From a virus, in the IMG/VR virus record IMGVR_UViG_3300023184_006193, positions 14,834 to 78,833 of that record: a DNA stretch of 64,000 nt; one strand, written 5' to 3'. Positions 1 through 10,900 of the stretch are shown one piece after another (positions within the stretch are counted from its first letter, which is position 1; each line of letters begins with the position of its first letter). The position numbers and the translations under genes were made by a program. The notes under the pieces were generated by a model. That model was not told the origin of the DNA. It ran no database searches and worked only from the letters and a program-made list of their open reading frames with translations.

Positions 1-1
1 A

Positions 2-478
2 AAAAAATATTTAAATGAAATTGAAAATCATCCAGTCTCTCAAGAGATCGCCAATGGGCCAGATGCAGAAAATATAAGTTATACTTTAGATGGAAAAGAA
101 AATCTTTTTGCTTTTATAGGTTTTGAAGCGGAAGATAAACCAATAGAAGATTTAAAAAATTTAATAAAAGAAAATACATTTTTAGATAAAAGATCAACAT
201 TTAATTCAAAAACTTTTGAATTAAAATTTAATATATTTACTCCATCTTTCGAAGAAATTAAATCTGCAACACCATTACCTTTTGAAAATGGAAAAAGCTG
301 GGTTAAAGGAATAGAAGATGGAATTAGTGGATTCGGATATTATGTATATGGTTTATTATTTCCTAAAAGTAGATCCAAAAGAGGTATTCAATCTCAAAAT
401 AAAGTTAGAAATGGAACTTTTAAAACGGTAAAATATATGTCAGAAATGTATAGTAATTTTATTAGGAATTTAAAATAA
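2..478 (+). CDS. Partial CDS (5' end outside the window), probable head-tail/neck virion protein
   Basis: Frame is open from base 2 (KKYLNEIENHPVSQEIANGP...SWVKGIEDGISG...FIRNLK*). Its TAA overlaps the next ATG (TAATG). Function inferred from position only. Confidence 0.6.
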   Translation, partial: KKYLNEIENHPVSQEIANGPDAENISYTLDGKENLFAFIGFEAEDKPIEDLKNLIKENTFLDKRSTFNSKTFELKFNIFTPSFEEIKSATPLPFENGKSWVKGIEDGISGFGYYVYGLLFPKSRSKRGIQSQNKVRNGTFKTVKYMSEMYSNFIRNLK

Positions 479-1341
479 TGATACCACAATTTGATAATAT
501 TATAATGACAAGTATGCTGTTTTGGTTAGATCGCACTGTCATAACAAGGGGTCAAGCTTTTACAAATTATCAAAGCGTTTTTTATCCTTTATCTAATATG
601 TATTATGGATATTATACTTACGGCGCTCCATTTAAACAAATGATTATTGATTGTTCTATAAGTGGGGCAAATATTATAAGTGGAATATATTTAAATAATA
701 ATTTTATTACAATAGGGCAGAGTGGATTGAGTGGAATTAATGCTACTGAAGGGCAACTATATTTTAGTCAACCAATAAGTAATCCTAACGTAGCTTTAAG
801 TGGAAATTATGCTGTTAAAGATTTTAATATGTATTTAACTAGTAAAACAGAAGAAGCTATATTATTTGAAACAGCTTATCAAATTAACCCTAAAACATAT
901 CAAAATCCAACTGGCTTACCAGTAGGTTCAGAGACTTATCCTGTTATATATTTAAAATATCAAGGAGGTAAAAATAAGCCTCTTGCTTTTGGTGGATTTG
1001 ACCAAACAGTAAGTAATGTAAGAGCAATCATATTATCTGATACAGTTTTTAACTTAGATGCCGTAACAAGCATCATGAGAGACACAAGTCGCCAATTAGT
1101 GCCGTTAATGTACCCAAGTGATATGCCATTTGATGCATTAAATAGTGTTACTGGAGACTGTTTTAATTATATTAATGCAACTAAAAATAAAAGCGTAGAC
1201 AATGAATATGTATATATTAATGAAGTTAATATTAGTAAGTCTGATACTAAAATATTAAATGCTACTAATAGTTTAAATCGTAATGTATATTCAGCTTTTG
1301 TTGATTTTGAATTAATAAAAAATAGATACCCTAGATTATAA
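478..1341 (+). CDS. Virion structural protein, probable tail terminator/completion protein
   Basis: 287 aa, directly upstream of the tail tube gene. C-terminal YPVIYL...VRAIILSD...AFVDFEL pattern is compatible with tail-terminator folds. Mainly synteny. Confidence 0.5.
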   Translation: MIPQFDNIIMTSMLFWLDRTVITRGQAFTNYQSVFYPLSNMYYGYYTYGAPFKQMIIDCSISGANIISGIYLNNNFITIGQSGLSGINATEGQLYFSQPISNPNVALSGNYAVKDFNMYLTSKTEEAILFETAYQINPKTYQNPTGLPVGSETYPVIYLKYQGGKNKPLAFGGFDQTVSNVRAIILSDTVFNLDAVTSIMRDTSRQLVPLMYPSDMPFDALNSVTGDCFNYINATKNKSVDNEYVYINEVNISKSDTKILNATNSLNRNVYSAFVDFELIKNRYPRL

Positions 1342-1367
1342 AAAAAGTGAGAATTTTATAAAATAAG

Positions 1368-1373
1368 GTGTAA
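1368..1373 (+). promoter_or_regulatory. GTGTAA motif, candidate phage late promoter
   Basis: Intergenic, 25 nt before the tube ATG. The same hexamer recurs before other structural genes. Confidence 0.55.
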
Positions 1374-1398
1374 TAACAATAAATGGAGAACAAATAAT

Positions 1399-2538
1399 AT
1401 GGCAAGAAATCGTATAATTTATCAATCTGAAGCTTTATATGCTGGTCCATCACCAGCCACAGGTTTTCACTTAACTTCTGGAGCTAATGTTCCTTGGGTT
1501 GGACCAACTGGTAACTCTTTAGTTAATCAACTTCAAAGAATTCAAACAGCTAACTATAGTTTCACGGTTGATCGCACAGACGTTAATCAATTCGGTCAAT
1601 TGGCCGCTATTGATCGAGTAATTTTAACTAATCCAACCGTAGCTTTGGATTTTAGTTATATTTTAGCAAATTTAGTTAATGAAGTAAATCTAGGATTTAC
1701 AATAAATAAATCTGGTGATACAAACGAAGTTTCTGCGATCTCTGGATTGCTAAATGGAACACAAGATGAGAGAAATTATTTCATCCGCACTGTACCAGAA
1801 GGTAATGATGCTGTTAACTACTCTGATCCAACCGCAACAAATAATGGTGTTATAGGCGTAGGAAATGGTTTCATTAGTTCTTATTCTACAGAAGGATCTG
1901 TTGGAAATTTCCCAACTACAACAATCAATGTTGAAGGTTTAAATATGAACTTCCAAAAGGGAACAACTGGAAATTATATTCCAGCTGTAAATCCTGCTGA
2001 TGGAAGTTCAGTATCTTACTATTATAGTTTACCAACAGCAGCAACAACTTCTTCTACTGGTTTAGCTAGTGGAGTAAGCGCATTGCGCCCAGGAGACATA
2101 ACTATAACAATTCCTCAAACATCTGGTGGTGGAGTAAATACTACATCGATGAATGTTCAAAGTTATACATTAAGTTTTGATTTGGCTCGTACTCCAATTC
2201 AAAAACTTGGTAGTAAGTTTGCATTCTCCAGACCAATTGATTTCCCATTAACTGTAACTCTAAGCGTTGACGCTCAAGTAACAGATATTAATGAAGGAAG
2301 TATCAATGATCTAATTTGTAACGATACTAGCGTATACAATCCATCAATATCTATTAAGAATCCAGCTTGTAATAATGATAATGTTGTAGCTAAATATACC
2401 CTTAAAGGAGCTAAACTTGATAGTCAAGAATATAGTTCTGATATCGGTAGTAATAAATCAGTTACCCTTACATTTAGTGCACAAGTTGGTGGACCTCAAG
2501 ATACAGCTCGCGGGTTGTTCATCAGCGGTCAAGCCTAA
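1399..2538 (+). CDS. Major tail tube protein
   Basis: 379 aa, rich in S/T/G/N with beta-strand patterns. Has a GGAG RBS, is followed by a strong terminator, and lies upstream of the chaperones and tape measure gene. Confidence 0.75.
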   Translation: MARNRIIYQSEALYAGPSPATGFHLTSGANVPWVGPTGNSLVNQLQRIQTANYSFTVDRTDVNQFGQLAAIDRVILTNPTVALDFSYILANLVNEVNLGFTINKSGDTNEVSAISGLLNGTQDERNYFIRTVPEGNDAVNYSDPTATNNGVIGVGNGFISSYSTEGSVGNFPTTTINVEGLNMNFQKGTTGNYIPAVNPADGSSVSYYYSLPTAATTSSTGLASGVSALRPGDITITIPQTSGGGVNTTSMNVQSYTLSFDLARTPIQKLGSKFAFSRPIDFPLTVTLSVDAQVTDINEGSINDLICNDTSVYNPSISIKNPACNNDNVVAKYTLKGAKLDSQEYSSDIGSNKSVTLTFSAQVGGPQDTARGLFISGQA

Positions 2539-2560
2539 TAGTTAAGAAGAAATTATAAAG

Positions 2561-2591
2561 ATAACCCCCGTTTCCACGGGGGTTATTTTTT
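2561..2591 (+). terminator. Rho-independent terminator
   Basis: ATAACCCCCGT-TTCC-ACGGGGGTTAT, a perfect 11-bp stem, followed by a T-run just after the tube gene. Confidence 0.9.
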
Positions 2592-2597
2592 GTGTAA
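2592..2597 (+). promoter_or_regulatory. GTGTAA motif, candidate late promoter
   Basis: Lies immediately after the terminator T-run, where transcription would need to restart. Confidence 0.55.
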
Positions 2598-2630
2598 ATA
2601 CAGTCAAGGTAAAGGTTGGTTAAAAGGTAT

Positions 2631-2852
2631 ATGGAGCACAAAATTAAAGATTTAACTTTATTTCAAATAAAGCGTAAGATAACAAATATCTATAAAAATT
2701 TCTTTTTTATTCTTGAAGATTTATCTGATTCTGGATATAATCTTAACGAAGAAACTTATGCAAAAATACGTAAAAGAGTACTTGATAATGCTAATGATGC
2801 GATAAGAGAAATAGAGGAATATTTCAACACAATTGATATTAATTTAAAATGA
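2631..2852 (+). CDS. Small hypothetical protein
   Basis: ATG at 2631 is preceded by AAAAGG and is preferred over the TTG at 2616. Predicted helical. Confidence 0.6.
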   Translation: MEHKIKDLTLFQIKRKITNIYKNFFFILEDLSDSGYNLNEETYAKIRKRVLDNANDAIREIEEYFNTIDINLK

Positions 2853-3124
2853 AAAAAAGACTTAATCTTTACCAAGCTATTCCAATTGAAAAAATTATTC
2901 AAAGTAATTTATCTGTTCAATCTATACAAAGGTCTTTAACAAAAGATTTTGGCATAAAGAATCCAAATTATTCAAATTTAACTAATTCTAATTTTTTAAA
3001 ATTTTACGATTCTTGGAATGAAGAAAAAAGAAATAAATTCATTAAAACAATTGGTGGAGTAGTTTATTTCTCTAAAATTAAAAATTTTCTTCAAAAACTA
3101 GAAAGAGAACAAACTGGAGTTTAA
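2849..3124 (+). CDS. Hypothetical protein
   Basis: 91 aa, ATGA overlap with the previous gene. Confidence 0.6.
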   Translation: MKKRLNLYQAIPIEKIIQSNLSVQSIQRSLTKDFGIKNPNYSNLTNSNFLKFYDSWNEEKRNKFIKTIGGVVYFSKIKNFLQKLEREQTGV

Positions 3125-3127
3125 AAT

Positions 3128-3871
3128 ATGAAAAAACTATATGAGTTTTCAATAAATAAAGAAGTAGAGGTCAAAGAAACTACTAATGAAAAGAATGAAA
3201 AAGGTGAAGAAATTCAAGTTTCAAAGAACGTAAGAAAAGAATTGCCTCAAAAATATTTTATTAAAAAACCAAATAGAGGTCTATTTGATGAAGCAGAATT
3301 ATTTTATGGAGTTCGTTTATCAGAAGGAATTAAAGCTGGTCTTTTAACGAGGGCTCTATTAGCTAAAAGATTTACTAATGATGGTGGAATTTTTAGTGAA
3401 ATAGATAAAGAACAATATACTAGCTTATATCTAAAGTTATTTCAATTACAAAATGAATTCCAAAGATTATCTGTTAAAGAAAAAAGTAAAGAAGAAGAGA
3501 CTCAGTATAATAATTTAATTAAAGAAATCGCTGAGTCTAGAGAAAAAATTCAAGATTATGAGTTTGCTCAAGCTAGTCTTTTTGATCAAACAGCAGAAAA
3601 TAGAGCAAGAAACAAAACTATAATGTTTTGGGTCCTTAATCTTTCTTATAAAGAGAATGATAATGGTACATTTTCACCAGTATTTGGAGATGGAGCATTT
3701 GAAGATAAACTAAAAGAATATGATAGATTAGAAGAAGCAAGTGACCCTTTCTTTGAAAAATTGTGTCAAAAACTAGTTCTTCTTATTAGTTTCTGGTATA
3801 TGGGTAGAGCTTCGACGCAAGAAGAATTTGAAAAACTATTTAATTTAGAAGAAAATAAGAGTGCAAATTGA
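3128..3871 (+). CDS. Probable tail assembly chaperone (gpG position)
   Basis: Charged helical 247-aa protein between the tube and tape measure genes. Synteny only. Confidence 0.5.
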   Translation: MKKLYEFSINKEVEVKETTNEKNEKGEEIQVSKNVRKELPQKYFIKKPNRGLFDEAELFYGVRLSEGIKAGLLTRALLAKRFTNDGGIFSEIDKEQYTSLYLKLFQLQNEFQRLSVKEKSKEEETQYNNLIKEIAESREKIQDYEFAQASLFDQTAENRARNKTIMFWVLNLSYKENDNGTFSPVFGDGAFEDKLKEYDRLEEASDPFFEKLCQKLVLLISFWYMGRASTQEEFEKLFNLEENKSAN

Positions 3872-4865
3872 TAATAAAAATTTATTAAGACTTTACTTAG
3901 TAGATATTTTAAAAGGATACTCTAAAACATATTTAAACGATAAACTAATATATATTAAGCATATGGACTCTCTATCTTCTGGAGAGGTAGATCTCAAGAA
4001 GGAGGAATTTTATCACAAGGCTTTAAAAAACAAGCTCCCTTCTTTATCTGATCAAGAGGCTTATATATTAAAAGAAGAGCTTTGGTCAGAAGATAAAAAT
4101 AAAGAGATTCAAAAAATAAAAGAATATTTAACTGGTTTAAAGAAAACAAAGTTAAAATTATTCCGAGAAAAAGAATTAAAAGCTATAAACGAACAAATAA
4201 ATAACGAAGAAAAAAAACTGTTAAATTTAAATTTAGAAAAAAAAGAATTAATAGGATTTACGGCAGAAGATTATGCCAATAAAAAGATTAATGAATATTA
4301 TATGTTTATATCTTTATATAAAGACCCCGATTTAAAAGAGAATTTCTTTTCTCAAAATGAATTTGATGAACTTGAGAATCTGGATATTAGTAAATTAGTT
4401 CAAATTTATAATGATAAATTATCAGTTTATAATGATAAAAATTTAAAGAAAATATCTCTCCTAAATAGTCATTTAACACTTTTTAATATATCTGATGATA
4501 ATCCATATTATATGTATGGTAAAAGTATTGTATATTTAACTTTTTATCAAATTGAAATCTTTGGTTATGCTAAATATTTCAAAAATCAATTAAGCTATGC
4601 AAAACATAAGCCAGCAGATGAATATTTCGAAGACCCAGAAAAGCTAATAGAATGGCTAGAAAGCAGTAAAAATGTAGAGGAACTGCTAGAAAAGGGTGCT
4701 AGCAATAAAGCTGATACTGTGGCTACTTCTATTATTGGTGCAACTAAAGAAGATCTTAAAAAGGCTGGATTAGATGAATCTAATACTATAAGCTTAACTG
4801 AAGAAGCTAAGAAAAAGGGTGGTACTTTAACTATGGAGGATCTAATGAAACTCCATGGAATTTAA
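3861..4865 (+). CDS. Probable tail assembly chaperone (gpT position)
   Basis: 334-aa coiled-coil protein directly upstream of the tape measure gene. Confidence 0.45.
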   Translation: MQIDNKNLLRLYLVDILKGYSKTYLNDKLIYIKHMDSLSSGEVDLKKEEFYHKALKNKLPSLSDQEAYILKEELWSEDKNKEIQKIKEYLTGLKKTKLKLFREKELKAINEQINNEEKKLLNLNLEKKELIGFTAEDYANKKINEYYMFISLYKDPDLKENFFSQNEFDELENLDISKLVQIYNDKLSVYNDKNLKKISLLNSHLTLFNISDDNPYYMYGKSIVYLTFYQIEIFGYAKYFKNQLSYAKHKPADEYFEDPEKLIEWLESSKNVEELLEKGASNKADTVATSIIGATKEDLKKAGLDESNTISLTEEAKKKGGTLTMEDLMKLHGI

Positions 4866-4884
4866 TTAAATATCTTATATTTTC

Positions 4885-4890
4885 GTGTAA
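4885..4890 (+). promoter_or_regulatory. GTGTAA motif, candidate late promoter
   Basis: Intergenic, 24 nt before the tape measure ATG. An AAGGA RBS follows. Confidence 0.55.
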
Positions 4891-4914
4891 TTTATTACAG
4901 GAAAGGCATAAGGA

Positions 4915-7900
4915 ATGGCAAGAACGTCAGCTACAATTTCTGTAGGTGCAGATACAAGGCAACTTGAAAAAGATATTCAAAGTGCTTTATCTCGCGATTT
5001 TAAATTCAAAGGATTTAATGAAAAAGCCTTTACTCAGCCATTAGGTCGAATTACTGGTGCTTCTAATGAATTCCAAAAGTCATTGGATGCTTCTAATGCT
5101 CGTGTTATCGCATTCGGTGCTAGTGCTGGATCAATTTTTGCTGTAGAAAAAGCTTTCGTTAGTTTAATTAAAAGTACAATAGATGTTGAAAAATCTCTTA
5201 CTGATATTAATATTATATTAAATACAACATCAAAAGGATTAGAAAAATTTGGTGCAGATTTATTCACAGTAGCTAAAGATACTGGACAATCATTTCAATC
5301 GGTTGCAGAAGCAGCAACAGAATTAGCTCGTCAAGGTCTTGGTGTTGAAGAAACATTGAAAAGAACAAGAGATGCTTTAATTTTAACTAGATTAAGTGGA
5401 TTAGATACAGTCTCTAGCGTAGAAGCTTTAACAGCTACATTAAACAGTTTTAATCAAACAGCTTTAGATTCAACAACTATTATTAATAAATTAGCAAATG
5501 TTGACGCAGCTTTTGCTGTTAGCTCTGCTGATTTGGCCAATGCAATTCAACGAGTTGGTAGTTCGGCGCAAGATGCAGGGGTTGGATTCGATGAATTATT
5601 AGCAATTGTAACAAGCGTACAGCAAACTACTGCTAGAGGTGGTGCAGTTATCGGTAACTCATTAAAGACTATTTTTACAAGAGTTGCTAGACCAGAAGTG
5701 TTAGATCAATTACAAAACTTAGGTTTAGAAGTTCGTAATTTAGATGGTAGTACTCGTCCAGCAATTGATATTTTAAAACAATTGTCATCAACTTTTGATA
5801 CTCTTTCTGATTCTCAAAGATCACAAGTTGCAGAAAGTGTTGGTGGCGTTTTCCAGATTAATATTTTAAAAGCTGCTTTAGGTGATCTGGGTAAAGAATA
5901 TTCTGTTTATAATAATGCTTTAAATACTTCAAGAGGAGCTACCGATCAAGCTATTAAACGGAACGAAGCATTAAATGAAACTCTATCTGCTTTAACGAGT
6001 AGAACACTAACGAATTTTACTCAACTAGGAGCTAAAATAGGTGCAGGAGCTTTTCAACCAGCAATTGAAGGCACATTAAAAAATGTAAATAATATATTAG
6101 AAGGGTTAGCTAATCAAGATTCAGAGAGTGTTGGAGCTAAAATTGGAGCTGGAATTTTAGGTGGTCTTTCTACTTTTATATCTGGTCCTGGATTACTTTT
6201 AATAACTGCTGTTATTGGAAAATTATTTTTAGATTTGAGTAAATTTGCTGCTACTTCCGCTAAAACATTATTAGGTATTGGTAAGCAAGCTACTGATAGA
6301 GCTGCTATTGAAGGAAAAATTTCAAGTATTCTTGCACAAGAGCCACAACTTCTTTCAGCAATAGCATCTAAACAAATTACTGTATTAGATACAGAAAATA
6401 GAATTTTACAAATTTTAAGAGAACAAAATGCCGTAAGAGAACAAGCCGCTGCTTTATCTCGTTCAATTACTAGTGGATTAATTGGTAAAGGAGTAAGTAC
6501 TAAAAGTGGACAAATTACTACAAAAAGTGATGGATTTATTCCAAATTTTGTAATGCAAGAAATTTATGGTGCTTTGGCTGGGGGATATAAACCTGGAAAT
6601 ATTAAGGAAATGAATATTCCTGGAGTAGGAAAAACTATTTATAATTCAGCAGAGACAGTAAAAAGAATGCCAGGATTTTCTCAACCAGCAATTATGCCTC
6701 CAGAAGGAAGTAGAGCTGGAAAAAATTATAAACAATCATTTTCTGATAAACATGGATTTAATCCTTATGCAAGCTCTGGGCTTATTCCTAATTTTGCAAA
6801 AACATTTTATGATATAAAAGATCAAAATGGAAAAATAACATCTTATAATAATTATCAAATTCCAAAATTAATTGCAAATGGGGTAATTAGCGAAAAAGCA
6901 GCAAGAGATGCTAATTGGAAACCAGAAAAAGAATTAAGCGCACAGAAAAAAGCAGCAAAACAAAAAGAATATGATAGTGGTTTTTATGATACTAAAGGAA
7001 GATTAGGAGTTGTTTCTGTGTCTGCTGGAGTAGAAAATGCAACAGCTTCAACTAGCGTTGGAAACTTAAAAGCATTTAGCGGGGCAGTTAAAAAAAATCC
7101 AGAATTAGCAAATAAAAAGATTACATTTTCTAATATTCAAGTTAGAAGTCTCGAAGGAAATTTAGAAAAAAGACCAAGTGAATTTACTAATTTAGTGAAC
7201 GAAGCTCTTCTTGATCCAATAGCAAGTTTAACTCATAAATATCTTGGTACAGTTTTAAGAGATGAAGAAGCTTCTCCAGCTGCATTAAATGATGTTAGAG
7301 CATCTTTAAAAGGTAAAAAATTAATACCATCCACTGCAGAAGGTTCTATATTCGAAGCAGCAGTCGCGCTTGCTACAAAAACCCCTAAACAATTTATAAG
7401 ATCTATTGATGATGAAGATAATAGACCATTCGACTTTGAAGAAGCTGGTCCTGCTACAGGTAATTTTAAAAAGAGATTTAAATTTGGAGAACAATTACAA
7501 AAAGCAGATGCAAAACTAACTGGAAGTCCTGGAGCAATTGCTAGTATTATTAAGAAAGCTTATAACTCTAATTTTGATCCAAGTCTTCCATACTCTGAAT
7601 ATCTTTCTGGAGGATTTATTCCTAATTTCGCAAATGCTTTAAATGATGCAATAAATAGAGAAAAGAAAGCTGGCGTAAATCCAAATTCTATAAGAATTGG
7701 AAGAAGTAATTCTTTAATCTCTAATATGAATCCTAGTGGTCTTGGGGTTTATAATACTAAAGATGAACCAAGAGGATTATCTCAAGGAATTTCAAGATAT
7801 GGTTCATTAAATGGTGCTCGTAGAGCAGGTGCAGCAAAAGGTTTAATTCCAAATTTCGCTTTATATTCAGCCACTCAAACTGAAGCTGGACCAGAAGCTT

Positions 7901-10900
7901 TACCAGCATCTAAAGAAGCTAATGCAGCTTTTGCAACTCTTGCAAAAAAAGTTTATAATGGAATACTAACTTTTGATCAAGCGAATAAAGAATTAACTAG
8001 ACTTGCTAAAGAATTTGATTTAATTGAATCTAGTACTGAAAAAGTAAGAAATACATTAACTCGCGCAGACAAGTCTTATCAAAGATTAGTGGTTGAAACT
8101 GACGCATTAGTTGCTGCAAGTGGAAATTTAATAACGGGATCTAAATCTCTAAAACAATTAGAAGCTAGAGCCGCTGCTGGAGGAAGAGGTGGAGAAATAG
8201 CTCGAGGCGGATTAGAAGCAGCAAGAGAAAGAAGAGCTGATGCAGCTTCAAGATTACAAGGAATAGGAATTGGTGCAAGTATAGCTGTTCCAATAGTAAG
8301 TCAAATCGCTCAGGAATTTGCACCAAATAATAAGTATGCAAAATTTGGAACAACAGCTTTAAGTGATACAGCAGCATTTGCTGGCACAGGAGCTTTATTT
8401 GGACCATGGGGTGCAGCAATTGGCGGATTAATTGGAGCTACAATTGGCTTAACTAAAGCATTTAAAGAGTTGAATGATAGATCAGAAGAATTTGCTAAAA
8501 ATTCAAGAGAATCTGGTAATAAAGTAGCAAGATTTTCTGAGGATGTTCAAGGATTTTTAACTTCAAGAGAAAAAATTGCTGGAGTAGAAGCTGGAGCAAT
8601 AAAAGCTACGCCAAATGAATTAAGTAGATTAGAAGGCCAAAGATCTGCAGCATTTAATAGAATTTTGTCATCTGTAAGTGAAGATATTCAAAAAGAACTA
8701 TTAGCTGGATTATCTGGAACAGAAGCGGAATTACAATCTGCGATACAAAGAGCAAATGATGAAATTGCTTCTAATAATTTTGTAAATCAATTCATACAAA
8801 CCACTAATGAACAACTTAAAGATGGAGCTAAAAATTTAGATTTAACCGAGACATTAAGACAATTAGGATCAATAAAAACAACAAATGGAGAATATATTGG
8901 AGATTTAATATCTCAACAAAGCGGCTTATTGAAATCATTTGACGCATTAACAATTGCTTCAGAAAAATACTATGGAATAAATGATCAAATAGCTAAGTCT
9001 ATAGAGCAAACATCAATTGCAGCAGATAAAGCTACAATGAGTATAGATGAATTTGCAAAAAATGATATATTTGGATTTAATACAACCTCTCCCCAAGTAA
9101 ATGCGGGTCCTGCTGGTTTTGGTACTAACATAAAGACAGAGTTCACAGGGACCGCAGGTAATTTAGGGGGCGAAGCGAAAATTACTGACATAAATAGACA
9201 AATGTATGAAGCAGATTTACAAAAATCAATTCAAGATTCTGGAAAAGGATTAAAAAACTTTATTCTTCAATTAGGAGATTCTGGAAAATTACAAAAAGAT
9301 AAAGCTCTGGAATTAGCTAATTCAATACAAACTATATTAGATAGTAACAAATCTTTAGAAGAAAAAGGAAAAGCTTTACAAGAAACTTTTGGTAATTTAA
9401 GAAAATCATCCGAGATAGTAGATGAAACATTTAAAAAATTAGTAGATGCACAATTAAATTATATTAATTTAACCACACAAACAATGAAATTATTTTCAGA
9501 AGATGCTGCTCAAAGACAACAAGCAGCAAAATTTATTCAACAAGGAGATTTTGGAAATGTACTTAAAGAATTTTTAAAAACAAATGAAGGCACACAATTT
9601 TTACCAGAAAATATCCTTAAGGGTACTAATATGGCCGCAATGCAAGGGATTTTAGGTGGCACAGCAGATTCAAAAAGAAGAATTGAACTAGAAAGAAAAT
9701 TTGGAGAAGTTTATAAAAAAGCTGCACAAGAAATTGCAGATGGTGGAGTTTTAACTGATAGAACTTTAGCCGAATTGCAAATTGGAATTCAACAAACTAG
9801 CATGGAAGCTGGTATGACAACTAAAAATTTAGTGGAATTAGGATCATCAATTGGTGATGCTGCTACTAGAACTGAAGCGCTAAATATTTATACAGAAAAA
9901 GAAGCTCAACTAAAGAAAGAACTTGGAGATAATATAGTAGCATTAAATTTAGCAGCATCTGCTGCTGCCGATAGTTTAAGAGCTATAGCTGGATTTAAAG
10001 AAGGAACATTATTTGCAGATGAATATAAGCAAATACAAAATAAAGCAAGAGAAGATAGAATAAGATCTAAAACAAATAAACCAAGTGATATATTTGGATC
10101 ATTTTCAGATGAAATGACTTATGGAGTGCAGGATGCATTTAGAGATTTAAATAATACAGCTGCTGACACAGCAAGAACAATGAAGAGCGAATTCAATAAT
10201 GCATTTCAATCTGTTATAGATGGAACTCAAAATGTAGGAGATGCATTTAGAACAATGGCTTTAAATATAAGCAGAAGAATGCAACAGCTTGCACTTGAAA
10301 TGACAACTAACTTAGCATTTAATAGTCTTTTTAGTTCGATAGGTGGTTTACCAAGTGTATTTAAAAATCCATTAGGTAGATCTAAAGGTGGATATATACA
10401 AGGATTTTCAACAGGCGGAAAAGTTTTAGGTGGATCTGGAACAAAGGACGATGTTCCTGCAATGCTAAGTAATGGAGAATATGTTATTAAAAAATCCTCT
10501 GTAAACAAATATGGTACAAAATTTTTAAATCAATTAAATGGTGGGGGAGTAGTTAAAAAAGCAGATGGTGGTAATGTTAGTGATGAATTAATTGCTGAAT
10601 ATTTAAGAAATTCAAACAAAACCCCAGCTTCTGAAACTGATCCTGGAAGAGTAGTTGATGCAGCTACAAGGGATTTATTCGCTCAATCAATTAATGCAAT
10701 GCTAGATAATAAAGATGTGTCATATAATCAAACATTTTCAAAATTATTATCTTCAAATAATCCATCTGGTGGTGAATTTAAAAGTAGCCTTGGTGCATTT
10801 TATACATATAATGATCCAAATTATCCAACGGCTGGAGAGTATTTAATTGATCCATTATTATCTCAATTAGCTTTAACTGATCCAAATGATCCGCAAAATA

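Noticed and set aside
3841-3871. Programmed -1 frameshift between the two tail chaperone genes
   Set aside because: The downstream ORF is in the +1 frame, is closed by TAG at 3846, has its own GTG start, and no XXXYYYZ slippery site is present.
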